From Myxococcales bacterium (lineage in GTDB: Bacteria; Myxococcota_A; Polyangia; Haliangiales; Haliangiaceae): a DNA stretch of 64,000 nucleotides. The notes under the pieces were generated by a model. The model was given only the letters and a program-made list of their open reading frames with translations. It was not told the DNA's origin and searched no databases. Both the position numbers and the translations under genes were made by a program. Of this stretch, positions 42,152-54,648 are shown piece by piece. Position 1 is the stretch's first letter. Each line of letters opens with the position of its first letter. Where the stretch lies: the NCBI GenBank assembly GCA_016707895.1, contig JADJGV010000034.1:501625-565624 (forward strand), read 5' to 3'.

Positions 42152-42844
42152 TCAGCCCGCCACTTCCGGCTCGGGCGCGGTCTTGCCCTGGCGCAGGTAG
42201 TCGATCTCGATGACGATGTGCAGGGTGACGTGGAACATGATCAGCACGGCGCACACCGGGATCAGCCAGCCCACGGTCGTGGTCGGGATGACCTCGTAGT
42301 GCTGCTTCTCCTTGGTCAAGGCGTGCTGGATGAGCCGACCGCCGTGGAACAAGAGCGCGCCGGCCAGCAGCGCGGCGACGTTGGTGAACACCCGCACCAG
42401 CGCCTTCACCTTGGTGGGGAACAGCGCCGAGACCAGGTCGAGGCCAAAGTTGCGCCGGCTCTGGGTGGCGTAGGCGGCGCCGAGCATGCCGATCGAGAAC
42501 GCCGACAGGCGCACGATCTCGATCGCCCACAGCGGCCGTTCGCTGGCGAACATGTCGATGAACGTGCGGTACAAGCTGACCAGGACCAGCACGGCGAACG
42601 CGCCGAACAGCCCGGCGCGCTCGCCCGCGCCGACCGCCTCGTCGATCCGGCGCACCGCGCGCGCCAGCGGTGGCTCATCGGCGAAGTGATCGACCACGTG
42701 GGGCTCCGGGAACGCGACGGCCACGGCTACGCCCATCCCCGTCGCGGCAGGTGGTTCGGTCTTGAGGTGGACCTCGCCATCGGCCTTGGGGTCGGGCAGG
42801 TCGGGCGATGGCTTGACGGGTGGGTCATCACCGGATGCGCTCAC
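42152..42844 (-). CDS. dctQ: TRAP transporter small permease DctQ with an N-terminal extension
   Basis: Four-TM DctQ-like core. The stop abuts the dctM start. Confidence 0.7.
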   Translation of the reverse strand: MSASGDDPPVKPSPDLPDPKADGEVHLKTEPPAATGMGVAVAVAFPEPHVVDHFADEPPLARAVRRIDEAVGAGERAGLFGAFAVLVLVSLYRTFIDMFASERPLWAIEIVRLSAFSIGMLGAAYATQSRRNFGLDLVSALFPTKVKALVRVFTNVAALLAGALLFHGGRLIQHALTKEKQHYEVIPTTTVGWLIPVCAVLIMFHVTLHIVIEIDYLRQGKTAPEPEVAG

Positions 42845-42975
42845 ACCAGCATCTTACGCAGGATCCGGAACCTGCCTCAACCGATGCCGCCACCAAGTGC
42901 TCGTCCCGTCGGCCGCGTCGCGGCAGCCACCACGGTCGACTCGAGTGGAGGCGGCGTCTCGGCTACCCTCGCGCC

Positions 42976-43152
42976 ATGCCGATCTGCCGCGAGTGCAAGG
43001 ACGAAGTCGATCGCCTGGTCTCGGTCAAGGTCGCCGGCAAGGCCGTCAAGCTGTGCGCCGACTGCGCCGACCGCGCCCGCGAGGGCGCCGAGATCGCCGA
43101 GGCGAGCGAATCGGTGATCCAGGGCATGATGGGCTTCAAGGGCCGCCGCTAG
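42976..43152 (+). CDS. Small zinc-ribbon protein (about 58 aa, CxxC...CxxC)
   Basis: MPICRECKDEVDRLVSVKVAGKAVKLCADCADRAREG. Confidence 0.45.
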   Translation: MPICRECKDEVDRLVSVKVAGKAVKLCADCADRAREGAEIAEASESVIQGMMGFKGRR

Positions 43153-43285
43153 CCACCAAGCGCGCGAGCACCGCCGCGCTACCTCCGAAACGCAACCGCC
43201 CCGCACGAGGCGGGGCGGTTGTTCCCTCAGACGGCCCCGCGCTGAACGCTCCGGGCCGTTTCGGGTGGGGGCCCCGGCGCATGCC

Positions 43286-43313
43286 GGGGGAGGGTCTTAC
43301 GAAAGACCCTCTC
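43286..43313. terminator. Hairpin (GAGGGTCTT-acga-AAGACCCTC) between convergent genes, a putative bidirectional terminator
   Basis: A 9-bp perfect stem lies between the end of the zinc-ribbon ORF (plus strand) and the end of dctP (minus strand). There is no U-tract, as is common in high-GC genomes. Confidence 0.4.
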
Positions 43314-43317
43314 TAGG

Positions 43318-44340
43318 TCACGGCGCGGGGTTCTTCGCGCGGTACTCGTCGCGGTACTTCAGCACCATCTCGAGCTCGGCCTTCGAGTAGACCTTGCCGG
43401 TCAGATCGGCCCAGACGTCCTTGGCCGCCTTGTCGAAGTCGGCCAGGAGCTCCGGCGTGGTCGCGCTGATCTTCACGCCCTTGCGCTCCATCTGCTTCTT
43501 GGCGCTCTCGTTGTCCTTGCGGATCTGCTTGCGGAGCGTCTTCTGCATGCCCTTGGAGATCTTGAGCACCAGCTTCTGGTCCTCGGCCGTCACCTTCTTG
43601 TAGGCGTCCAGCTTGATGACCGTGGCGGCGATGCCGTAGCTCATCGGCATCGAGGTCATGTACTTGACCTTGGTGTTCCACTGCAGCGCCACGGCGGCCA
43701 AGGGCGACCCGTAGCACGCGTCGATGCGGCCGGTGGTCAGGTTGGGCTCGACCTCGGGCACGCCCAGCGGCACGCCCGAGATGCCGAGCCGCTTGTACAT
43801 GGCGCGGACGATCGCGTCGTCGCCCCACATCCACACCTTCGAGCTCTTGAGGTTGCCGACGCTGGTGATCTCGGACTTCGAGAGCAGGTAGATCCAGCCG
43901 ACGTCGCCGCGATCGCCGAGCTTGTAGCCCTTGGCCTCGAACTTCTTGACGAAGTACGGCCACATCTTGTCGGCGACGTAGTCGAGCTCCTCGACCGTCG
44001 CGAACATGCGCGGCAGCTCGAGCACGCGGATCGACTCTTCGACCATCGACAGGCCGACCGAGGTCACGGCGGCGCCGTCGAGCTGGCCGAGGTTGATCTT
44101 GCGGACGACGTCGCGCTCGTCGCCCTGGACGCCGCCGGCGTAGTACTTGACCTTGACCCGGCCCTCGGTCTTCTTGTCGATCTCGGCGGCGCCCTTGCCG
44201 AGGATCTTCATCCACGAGCTGCCGTCGGGCGCCAGGGTGGCCAGGCGGATCTCGACGTTGTCGGCCGCCGCCGGGGCGATCGCCGCGAGGGAAGCCGCGA
44301 CGGCGGTCGCGAGGGTGAGACGGTTGACAAGGCTGCGCAT
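43318..44340 (-). CDS. dctP: TRAP transporter solute-binding protein DctP
   Basis: Signal peptide MRSLVNRLTLATAVAASLAAIAPAAA and a DctP-family fold pattern. Confidence 0.8.
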   Translation of the reverse strand: MRSLVNRLTLATAVAASLAAIAPAAADNVEIRLATLAPDGSSWMKILGKGAAEIDKKTEGRVKVKYYAGGVQGDERDVVRKINLGQLDGAAVTSVGLSMVEESIRVLELPRMFATVEELDYVADKMWPYFVKKFEAKGYKLGDRGDVGWIYLLSKSEITSVGNLKSSKVWMWGDDAIVRAMYKRLGISGVPLGVPEVEPNLTTGRIDACYGSPLAAVALQWNTKVKYMTSMPMSYGIAATVIKLDAYKKVTAEDQKLVLKISKGMQKTLRKQIRKDNESAKKQMERKGVKISATTPELLADFDKAAKDVWADLTGKVYSKAELEMVLKYRDEYRAKNPAP

Positions 44341-45272
44341 CAGAAGAGCTCCTTTTCCTGGCTGAGGTACCGGCGGGCGCGCCGGTGGGCGATCTCGTTG
44401 GCGAGGCGCTGCTCCGGCCAGATCGCCGGATCGGTCTGCAGCACCTTGACCAGTTCGTCGTGGAACAGCGTGCGGTTCTGGGTCATGACGCCGACCCGCT
44501 TGGCGTAATTCACGCGGGCGAGCAGGAACTTGTCGTCGGTCAGCGCGAGGGCCTTCTTGAAGTGCTCCTCGGCCTTGGCCGCGTCGCCGCCCAGCTGGGC
44601 GCCGGCCGCGGTGTAGAGCAGGCCCAGCGCGACGTGGGGCAGGGCCGCCAGCGCCTTGTCCTTGGGCGGGTGCTTGTCGTCCATCTCGACGACCTTGAGC
44701 AGCATCGCCTTCGCGGTCGGCGCCTGCGCCACCAGCTCGACGTTGTCCTTGTTGTGGTTGATCATCGAGCCGAGGCCGATCGCCGCCCACATCAACGGGG
44801 TGCGCTGGCCGCTCGACGCGCCGTTGATCAGCTTGGTCACCGACTCGGTGTCGCCGAACAGGCCGTCCTGCCACTTCTTACCGAGCTGCATCAGCGCGTA
44901 GTTCATGCAGCGCACGAACATCCGGGTCGCGCGGTTGTCGAGCTCCTGCGCCGCGTCGTAGTCGTTGGCGATCAGCGCGCGCTCCCACTCGTCCTCGACG
45001 AAGCCGATGCCGTACTGGCAGTAGCCCTCGGCGAGGATGCCGCGCAGGATCGGGTTGCCGGGATCGACCACCCAGAAGCCCTCGACGGTCTTGAGCGTGC
45101 CGGGGATGGCGCGCGCCGCCAGCTCGTAGTCGGACTCCATCTTGATCGACGGCTGGGCGCGGATCAGCACCTTCGCCGTGGTGTTGACGGTGAACTGGCC
45201 CATGTCGCACGCGGCGAGCACGAGCGTCGCCACGGCGGCGACGGCGAGAGCGAGGCGAGAGGTTCGGATCAT
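44340..45272 (-). CDS. TatT-family TPR lipoprotein (TRAP-T-associated component)
   Basis: Lipobox LVLAACDMG and TatT-like helical repeat sequence, located directly upstream of dctP-dctQ-dctM. Confidence 0.65.
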   Translation of the reverse strand: MIRTSRLALAVAAVATLVLAACDMGQFTVNTTAKVLIRAQPSIKMESDYELAARAIPGTLKTVEGFWVVDPGNPILRGILAEGYCQYGIGFVEDEWERALIANDYDAAQELDNRATRMFVRCMNYALMQLGKKWQDGLFGDTESVTKLINGASSGQRTPLMWAAIGLGSMINHNKDNVELVAQAPTAKAMLLKVVEMDDKHPPKDKALAALPHVALGLLYTAAGAQLGGDAAKAEEHFKKALALTDDKFLLARVNYAKRVGVMTQNRTLFHDELVKVLQTDPAIWPEQRLANEIAHRRARRYLSQEKELF

Positions 45273-45427
45273 GCGCGAGGTCCTGTGAGAGACGAGGGTT
45301 CGGCGTAGGGCATTCACGGCGGTGGCGGGATGAACCCGTCCGCTACCCCGGACGCGAAGGCTAAGTGAGCGAAAGGCGAGAGTCAATCACGGCGACGCGG
45401 TGGGCGACCGGGTACACTGGGCCGGTG

Positions 45428-47035
45428 ACGCGCGCCTGGCTGGTCCTCGCCTGCGCCCTGGCCCTGGCGGCGGTCGGCTGCGACGCGTCGTGGCTGGGCG
45501 CCGCGCCGTCCGACCGCGGGCCGGGCGGGCTCAAGGCGGGCACGATCGTCGTGGCCCGCCCCGCCGACGCCAGCTCGCTCGACCCGGCGCGCCCCAGCGA
45601 CAACGAGTCGTCGGAGGTGATCTCGCAGCTCTACGACACGCTGGTGCGCTACCGCCCGGGCACCACCGAGATCGAGCCGGGCCTGGCGGTGGCGTGGGAG
45701 GTCGATCCCGCCGGGCGCTCGTGGACGTTCCGGCTGCGGCCGGGCGTGCGGTTCCACGACGGCACCGCGCTCGACGCGGCGGCCGTGGTGTTCAGCTTCG
45801 AGCGCCAGCGCGATCCCCAGCACCCGTACCACCGCGGCAAGTTCGCGTACTGGGAGAACGCGTTCAAGAACATCGAGCGGGTCGAGGCGATCGCGCCGAT
45901 GATCGTGCGGATCACGATCAGCGATCGCTTCGCCCCGTTCCTGGCGGCGATGGCGACCTTCCCGGTGTCGATCGTGTCGCCGGCCGCGGTGGCCCGGTCC
46001 GGCGACGACTTCGGCGATCACCCGGTCGGGACCGGCGCGTACCGGCTGGAGCGCTGGACCCGCGGCGAGCGGATCGTCATCGTGCGCAACCCCGACTACT
46101 GGGGGCCGCGGCCGGCGATCGAGCGGGTGGTGTTCGAGGTCGTCCCCGACGCCCGGCAGCGGCTCATCGCGCTCGAGAGCGGCGCGGTCGACCTGGCGCT
46201 GGCGATCCTGCCCGCCGAGTCGCAGTTCCTCGATCTGCACCCAGGCCTGACGCTGCACCGGCCGCCGGCCAACAACGTCACCTACCTGGCGATGAACTGC
46301 GCGCAGCCCCCGTTCGATCAGCCGGCGGTGCGGCAGGCGCTGGCCCTGGCGATCAACAGGCAGGCGATCGTCCGGCTGGCGTACCAGGGCCTGGCCACCG
46401 TCGCCGACGGCCCCCTGCCGCCGTCGCAGTGGGGGTACCGACCGGGGCTGGGCGCGGTGGGCTTCGATCCGGATGCGGCGCGGGCCCGGCTCGAGCGGCT
46501 GGCCGCCGAGGGCGAGATCGACCTGGGCCACACCTACAAGCTGTACGCACCGACGACGCCGCGGCCGTACCTGCCCAACCCCGAGCAGGTCGCGCGGATC
46601 ATCCGCGCCAACCTCGAGGAGGTCGGCCTGCACGTCGAGCTGGTGCTGCAGCCGTTCGCGGCGACGCGGCAAGACACCCAGGCCGGGCGCCACGACCTGG
46701 CGCTGGCCGGCTGGGTCGGCGACAACGGCGACCCCGACAACTACCTGTACCTGATGTTCGACAAGGACAACACGGTGCCCGGCATCGCCCGCAACATCGC
46801 GTTCTACCGCGACGACGCGGTGTCGACGCTGCTGCGCCGGGCCCAGCGGGTCGAGGACCGCGGCGAGCGCGAGCGGCTGTACGCCGAGGCCCAGACCCGG
46901 ATCGCGGCCGACGCGCCGTGGGTGCCGCTGGCCCACTCGCAGGTGACCGTGGCCGCGCGCGAGGACATCACCGGCGTGGTGGTCGATCCCACCGGCCACG
47001 TCGTGTACGCCGGGCTCAAGCGGGTCAAGCGGTGA
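45428..47035 (+). CDS. Family-5 (peptide/nickel type) solute-binding lipoprotein, an orphan with no adjacent ABC permease or ATPase
   Basis: Lipobox LALAAVGCD and an SBP_bac_5-like sequence. The stop overlaps the GTG start of the histidine kinase. The ORF opens at 45365; the start was taken at 45428. Confidence 0.75.
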   Translation, partial: TRAWLVLACALALAAVGCDASWLGAAPSDRGPGGLKAGTIVVARPADASSLDPARPSDNESSEVISQLYDTLVRYRPGTTEIEPGLAVAWEVDPAGRSWTFRLRPGVRFHDGTALDAAAVVFSFERQRDPQHPYHRGKFAYWENAFKNIERVEAIAPMIVRITISDRFAPFLAAMATFPVSIVSPAAVARSGDDFGDHPVGTGAYRLERWTRGERIVIVRNPDYWGPRPAIERVVFEVVPDARQRLIALESGAVDLALAILPAESQFLDLHPGLTLHRPPANNVTYLAMNCAQPPFDQPAVRQALALAINRQAIVRLAYQGLATVADGPLPPSQWGYRPGLGAVGFDPDAARARLERLAAEGEIDLGHTYKLYAPTTPRPYLPNPEQVARIIRANLEEVGLHVELVLQPFAATRQDTQAGRHDLALAGWVGDNGDPDNYLYLMFDKDNTVPGIARNIAFYRDDAVSTLLRRAQRVEDRGERERLYAEAQTRIAADAPWVPLAHSQVTVAAREDITGVVVDPTGHVVYAGLKRVKR

Positions 47036-49818
47036 GCCGGCCGGGGCGGTGGCTGCGCGGGCTCGGCGCCGGCCTGGCCTGGCCGGCGCGGCGCATCGCG
47101 CGGGCGCGCCTGCGCACCAAGCTGGCGCTGGCGCTGACCGTCGCGGCGCTGCTGCCGATGCTGGTGGTGGCGTCCTTGGCCTCGGGCGTCGTGCTCGGCA
47201 GCCTCGATCGCGGCCTGCAGTCCGACGTGCAGCGCCAGCTCGACGTCGGGCTCAACCTGACCCTGCGCGCGGTCGAGCGGCTGGGCGAGGACGCCGTGCG
47301 GCTGGCCGCCAACCCCGAGCTGGCCGACTCGGTGCCGCGCGGCGCCGCCGCGATCCACGAGGTGGTGGCGCAGCGGGCGGCGTACCTGCCGTCGGCGCTG
47401 GTCCAGGTGCTGTCGCGCGACGGCCTGCCGCTCACCAGCGAGGTCATCGGCGGCGACGAGGCCCGGTTCTCGGAGCTGGCGGTCGACGGCAGCTCGGCGA
47501 CGGTGGCGTCGGCGCGCGACTGGGCCCGGCGGGTGCAGCTCGAGCTGTCGCCCAAGGGCGTCGTGGTGCGGGCCTCGGCGCCGGTGCTCGACCGCCAGCT
47601 GTCGCTGGTCGGCGTGGTCGTGATCTCGGTGCCGCTCGACGGCGCGTTCGCCGACGGCATCAAGGGCGCGCTCGGCGTCGACGTGCTGATCGGCAGCCTC
47701 AACGCCGGCGTGGCCACCTCGACGGTGCGCGACGCCGACGGCCGGCGGCTGTCGGCGCTGCAGGTGCCGACCCGGGTGCTGGCCCAGGTGCGCGAGCGCC
47801 GCCACCCGGTCGTGACCCAGGCCATCGCCGGCCGCGAGCACGCGGTGGCGTGGACCGCGCTCGAGGACGATCGCGGGCGCGCGGTCGGGCTGTTCGCGGT
47901 GGCGATCGATCGGCGGTCGCTGTCGCAGGCGCAGCGGGTGGCGTTCCGCTCGCTGGCCATCGGCGCGGCGGTGGCGGTGGCGTTCGCGTTCGTGCTGGCG
48001 GCGGCGCTGACCCGGCGCGTGGGCCGGCCGATCGCGACCCTGCACCGCGGCGCGATCGCGATCGCGCGCGGCGAGCTCGATCAGGTGATCGACGTGCCGG
48101 CCGGCGACGAGATCGGCGACCTGGCCAAGGCCTTCACCCACATGACCGCGGCGCTCAAGGAGAACCAGCAGCGCCTGGCGGCGCGCATGCGCGAGATGGT
48201 GGCGATCCAGGACGCCGGCCGGGCGATGTCGTCGGTGATCGAGTTCGACCAGGTGTCGGCCAAGATCGTCGACGCGGTGGCCCGGGTGTTCGACGTGCGG
48301 CTGTGCGCGCTGTTCGCGGTGGCCGGCGGCGGCCGCGACGAGCCGCGGGTGACGGTGGCGGCGGCCCGGGTGCGCAAGGCCGAGCTGGCCAGCGCGCTGA
48401 TCGGGGTCGACCCCGCCGACGCCGCGCCGCTGGCGCCGATCGCCGCGCAGGTGGCCCGGCTGCGCGCGACGTTGCGCGTCGACGACGTGATCGCCGATCC
48501 CCGGCGCAAGGACGCGGCGCTGGCGGCCGGCGTCGACGGCTCGCTGCTGGCCATGCCGCTCGAGCGCAAGGGCGCGGTGGTGGGCGTGCTGGTGCTCGGC
48601 CGCACCCAGCGCAGCCGGACCTTCCTCGAGGCCGACGCCAACCTGCTGGCGACCTTCGCCGACCAGGCGGCGGCGGCGGTCGAGAACGCCCGGCTGTACG
48701 CGCAGGTCCGCGACGCCAGCGAGGAGCTCGAGGCCAAGGTGCGGCTGCGCACCGCCGAGCTGACGGCGATCAACGCCGAGCTGGGCCGCGCGCTGTCCGA
48801 GCTGCGCGACACCCAGGCCCAGCTGGTGCTGTCGGAGCGGATGGCCGGCCTCGGCCTCCTGGTGGCCGGCGTGGCCCACGAGATCAACTCGCCGTCGGCG
48901 GCGATCCGCGGCGCGGTCGAAGGGATGACCGCGGCGATCGGCCGGCTGGCGGTGCCCATGCACGAGCTGGCGGCGGCGGTGCCGACCGCGGCGGCCTTGT
49001 TCGCCACCGTCGAAGCGCACGCGCGCCGGCTGGCCGGCGAGCGCATGCCGACCGGCGCGGCGGTGCGGCGGGCCGCCAAGGAGCTGCGGGCCCGGCTGGT
49101 CGAGCTGGGCGCCGGGGCGGCGCCCGAGCTGGGCACCCGCCTGGCCGAGGCCGGGGCCGAGCTGGCCACCGTCGACGCGCTGGTGGCGGCGGTCCCGCCC
49201 GGCGCGGCCGGCGCGGTCCTGACCTACCTGGTCGAGCTGGCCGAGGTCCACCGGGCGTCGCTGCTGATCGCCAACGCGATCGTGCGCATCCAGCGCATCG
49301 TAGGTGCGCTCAAGACCTACTCGCACCTCGACCAGGAGCCGACCCGGGTCGCCGCCGACGTCCACGAGGGGATCGAGACCACGCTCACCCTCATGGGGTA
49401 CGCGCTGCGTGATATAACGGTGGTGAGGCGGTTCGCCGAGTTGCCCGCGGTGCCGATCTTTGTCGATGAGCTCAATCAGGTTTGGACGAACCTGATCCAG
49501 AACGCTGTCCAGGCGTGCGCGGGGAGAGGCACGATCACGATCGAGACCGTGGCCGCGGCGGCCACCGCCGCTGACCCCGCTGGGGTGGTGGTGCGGATCG
49601 TCGATGACGGGCCCGGCGTGCCGCCCGAGATCCTGCCGCGGATCTTCGAGCCGTTCTTCACCACCAAGCCCAAGGGCGAGGGCACCGGGCTGGGGCTGGG
49701 CATCGTCGCGCAGATCGTCGTCAAGCACGGCGGTCGGGTGGCGTGCGACTCGGTGCCCGGGCGCACCGCGTTCGAGGTGTGGCTGCCGACCGTGCGCCGC
49801 GGAGGCGCGACCGCGTGA
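47031..49818 (+). CDS. Sensor histidine kinase with periplasmic sensor, HAMP, GAF, HisKA and HATPase_c
   Basis: HAMP GDEIGDLAKAFTHMTAALKEN. GAF region. H-box GVAHEINSPSAAIRGAVEG. N/G boxes NLIQNAVQA and GTGLGLGIV. Confidence 0.85.
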
Positions 49819-50879
49819 GCCTGCGCGAGACCATCCTGTGCGTCGACGACGAGGAGGGCGTGCTCCACGCGCTGCGCCAGCAGCTCGCGGCCCGCTTCGG
49901 CCACGAGTGCGACATCGCGACCGCGTCGTCGGGCGCCGACGCGCTCGAGCTGCTCGACGAGCTGGAGCGCGACGGCGAGAAGATCGCGGTGGTGATCGCC
50001 GATCAGATCATGCCGGGCATGAAGGGCGTCGACCTGCTCGAGCTGGTCGATCGCCGCAGCCCGTCGACCACCAAGATCCTGCTGACCGGGCAGGCCGGCC
50101 TCGACGCGGTGGTCAGCGCGATCAACCGCGCCAACCTCAACCACTACCTGTCCAAGCCGTGGGACGAGGCGTCCTTGCGGCTGGCCGTCGAGAACCTGCT
50201 GCGGCAGTACCGCCTGACCGCCGAGAACCGCGAGCTGATCGCGACCTTGTCGGCCAAGAACCAGGCGCTGCTCGAGATGAACCGCGAGCTCGAGGCCAGG
50301 ATCCACGAGCGCACCCACGAGCTGGCCGAGGCCAACGCCCGGCTGGCGCAGCTGGCGGTCACCGACGGCTTGACCGGGCTGTACAACCACCGCCACTTCC
50401 ACGAGCGGCTGGCGCTCGAGGTCGAGCGCTCGGCGCGCAACGGCCTGCCGCTGTCGTTGTTGATGATCGACGTCGATCACTTCAAGCACTACAACGACCA
50501 CCACGGCCACCCGTCGGGCGACGAGGTGCTGCGGCAGATCGCCCGGCTGCTCGCCGAGGGCCGGCGCGCCAACGACCTGGTCGCGCGCTACGGCGGCGAG
50601 GAGTTCGGCGTGGTGCTGGTCGACACCGCCAAGTTCACCGCCGCCAAGCTGGCCGAGCGGGTGCGCGAGCGGGTGGTCGGGTTCGGCTTCGCCCACAAGG
50701 AGGCGCAGCCGCTGGGCCGGGTCACGATCTCGATCGGCGTGGCGTCGTTCCCCGACGACGCCGGCGACGCGATGGCGCTGGTGCGGTCGGCCGACGACGC
50801 GCTGTACGCGGCCAAGCGCGCCGGCCGCGATCGGGTGGTGCTCGCCACCGCCAACCCCGGCGAGCCAGCCAGCGGCTGA
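49815..50879 (+). CDS. Response regulator diguanylate cyclase (REC-GGDEF, PleD-like)
   Basis: REC ILCVDDEEGV...IADQIMPGMKG. GGDEF RYGGEEFGVVL. The GTG overlaps the kinase stop. Confidence 0.85.
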   Translation: MSLRETILCVDDEEGVLHALRQQLAARFGHECDIATASSGADALELLDELERDGEKIAVVIADQIMPGMKGVDLLELVDRRSPSTTKILLTGQAGLDAVVSAINRANLNHYLSKPWDEASLRLAVENLLRQYRLTAENRELIATLSAKNQALLEMNRELEARIHERTHELAEANARLAQLAVTDGLTGLYNHRHFHERLALEVERSARNGLPLSLLMIDVDHFKHYNDHHGHPSGDEVLRQIARLLAEGRRANDLVARYGGEEFGVVLVDTAKFTAAKLAERVRERVVGFGFAHKEAQPLGRVTISIGVASFPDDAGDAMALVRSADDALYAAKRAGRDRVVLATANPGEPASG

Positions 50880-50944
50880 GCCACGGCGCCCTACCCGAAG
50901 CGAGATCCCACGGGCAGATCCGAGTTGCGGTAGGTTCACCGGCG

Positions 50945-51973
50945 ATGACCACCGCCCCCGCGCGCTCGCCCAAGGACGTCGCCGTGATCGGCGCCGGCAG
51001 CTACGGCACCTGCCTGGCCATCCTCGCCGCGTCGGCGGGGCACCGGGTCCACTTCTGGTGCCGCGGCGAGGCGGCCGCCGCCGAGCTGCAGGCGACCCGC
51101 GAGAACAAGCTCTACCTGCCGGGGTTCCGGCTGCCCGACGGCGTGACCGTCACCGCCGACCTCGAGGCCGCGGTGCGCGGCAAGCAGATCGTCGTCGGGG
51201 TGACGCCGTCGCACGCGATCCGCGACGTGCTCGGCCGGGCGGCGGCGTGGCTCGATCCCGACGTGGTGGTGGTCAACGCGTCCAAGGGGCTCGAGGACGG
51301 CACGCTGCAGACCATCGAGCAGGTCTACGCCGACATCTTCCCGGCGCGGATCGCGGGGCGCGCGACCTACCTGTCGGGGCCGACCTTCGCCGCCGAGATC
51401 GCCGGCGGCATGCCGTCGGCGATCGTGCTGGCCGGCCACGACCCCGAGACCACCGCGATGGTGCAGCGCGCGCTGTCGACCGATCGCTTCCGCACCTACT
51501 CGACCGACGACGTCACCGGCGTGCTGGTCGGCGGCGCGATCAAGAACGTCGTCGCGATCGCCGCCGGCGTGTCCGACGGCCTCGGCTTCGGCTCCAACGC
51601 CCGCGCGGCGCTGATCACCCGCGGCCTGGCCGAGATCACCCGCATCGGCGTGGCGATGGGCGCCGACCCGGTGACCTTCGCCGGCCTGTCGGGCATGGGC
51701 GATCTGGTGCTGACCTGCTCGAGCGACACCTCGCGCAACCGCAAGGTCGGCCTGGCGCTGGGCCGCGGCCAGGCGATGGCCGACATCCTCGCCGACATGC
51801 GCATGGTCGCCGAGGGCGTGAAGACGACGAAGGTGGCGTGGGACCTGGCGCGCAAGCTGGGCGTGCCGGCGCCGATCACCGAGGTGATGCACGCGATCGT
51901 CCACGAGGGCGCGCCGGCCCGCGAGACGATGCAGCGCCTGATGGCGCGCTCGCTGCGCAGCGAGAAGGACTGA
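50945..51973 (+). CDS. gpsA: NAD(P)H-dependent glycerol-3-phosphate dehydrogenase
   Basis: VAVIGAGSYGTCLAILAA Rossmann fold and a GpsA-like sequence throughout. Confidence 0.9.
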   Translation: MTTAPARSPKDVAVIGAGSYGTCLAILAASAGHRVHFWCRGEAAAAELQATRENKLYLPGFRLPDGVTVTADLEAAVRGKQIVVGVTPSHAIRDVLGRAAAWLDPDVVVVNASKGLEDGTLQTIEQVYADIFPARIAGRATYLSGPTFAAEIAGGMPSAIVLAGHDPETTAMVQRALSTDRFRTYSTDDVTGVLVGGAIKNVVAIAAGVSDGLGFGSNARAALITRGLAEITRIGVAMGADPVTFAGLSGMGDLVLTCSSDTSRNRKVGLALGRGQAMADILADMRMVAEGVKTTKVAWDLARKLGVPAPITEVMHAIVHEGAPARETMQRLMARSLRSEKD

Positions 51974-51981
51974 GCGACGTC

Positions 51982-52803
51982 TCAGAGCGCGCCACGGACG
52001 GTGAGCCCGACGGTGGTCGGCGACAGGCTGGGGACCACCGCCACCTCGGCCGCGCCGCGGCCGCGGCGATCGACCGCGAACAGGATCACGCCGCCGACCA
52101 CCAGCGCGCCGCCGGCGGCCCAGCCGACGATGGCGAGGGTCTCGGCGCGGCGGCCCTGGTCCTGCTTGGCCAGCGCGGCGTCGGTCCACGGGCCCTCATG
52201 GGCGGACAGCTCGTCGGATAGCGACCGCGCCTGCAACCCGAAATACACGCCGGCGCCGACGCCGGCGAGGCCGCCGACGGTCAACGCCAGCGCGGTGGGC
52301 CGGCGCCAGCCACCACCGGCGTGGGCGCGCGGCGCGGGCGGCGGCGCGGGGTCCGGCGGCGGCGCCAGGGTCGGCCCGGGCTCGACCACCGGCGGCGGCT
52401 CGGCGACCGGCGGCGGCTCGGCGACCGGCGGCGGCTCGGCCTCGACCGGCCGGGGCTTGCCGGCGGTGGCCTTCTTCAGCTTGGCCAGGTGCTGCCGCGC
52501 CGACGCGGCGAACTGCCCCTTGGGCTCGACGGCGAGGTAGCGCTGGTACTGCTCGATCGCGTCCCACGGCTGATCGGCCAGCCGGTACGCCTGCCCGAGG
52601 TTGTAGAGCAGCGCCGGGTGCGGGATCAGGTCGTAGGCCTCGCGCAGCTTGGCGATCGCGGTCGGGTAGTCGCTGGCGGCCTGCGCCGCCGACGCGGCGT
52701 CGACCAGCGCCGCGGCCTTGGCCTTGCGATCGGCGGCGTCGTCCGCGGCGGCGGTGCCGACGAGCGCCCCCAGCGCGAGCGCGCTCGCGAGCACGAACCT
52801 CAT
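51982..52803 (-). CDS. Secreted TPR-repeat protein with a proline-rich linker and a C-terminal TM anchor
   Basis: MRFVLASALALGALVGTAAA signal. TPR-like YNLGQAYRLADQPWDAIEQYQRYL. PPPVAEPPPVAEPPPV repeats. Confidence 0.65.
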   Translation of the reverse strand: MRFVLASALALGALVGTAAADDAADRKAKAAALVDAASAAQAASDYPTAIAKLREAYDLIPHPALLYNLGQAYRLADQPWDAIEQYQRYLAVEPKGQFAASARQHLAKLKKATAGKPRPVEAEPPPVAEPPPVAEPPPVVEPGPTLAPPPDPAPPPAPRAHAGGGWRRPTALALTVGGLAGVGAGVYFGLQARSLSDELSAHEGPWTDAALAKQDQGRRAETLAIVGWAAGGALVVGGVILFAVDRRGRGAAEVAVVPSLSPTTVGLTVRGAL

Positions 52804-52887
52804 GGTCCCATCGTACCAGCCCGCCGCGGGCGCCGGGGCCGCGATCGACCTTGACCCCTGGCCGACGGCGGAGGATCCTGATCGGCG

Positions 52888-54630
<1,743 letters not shown>

Positions 54631-54648
54631 GCCGCGCGGCCGCGGGCC

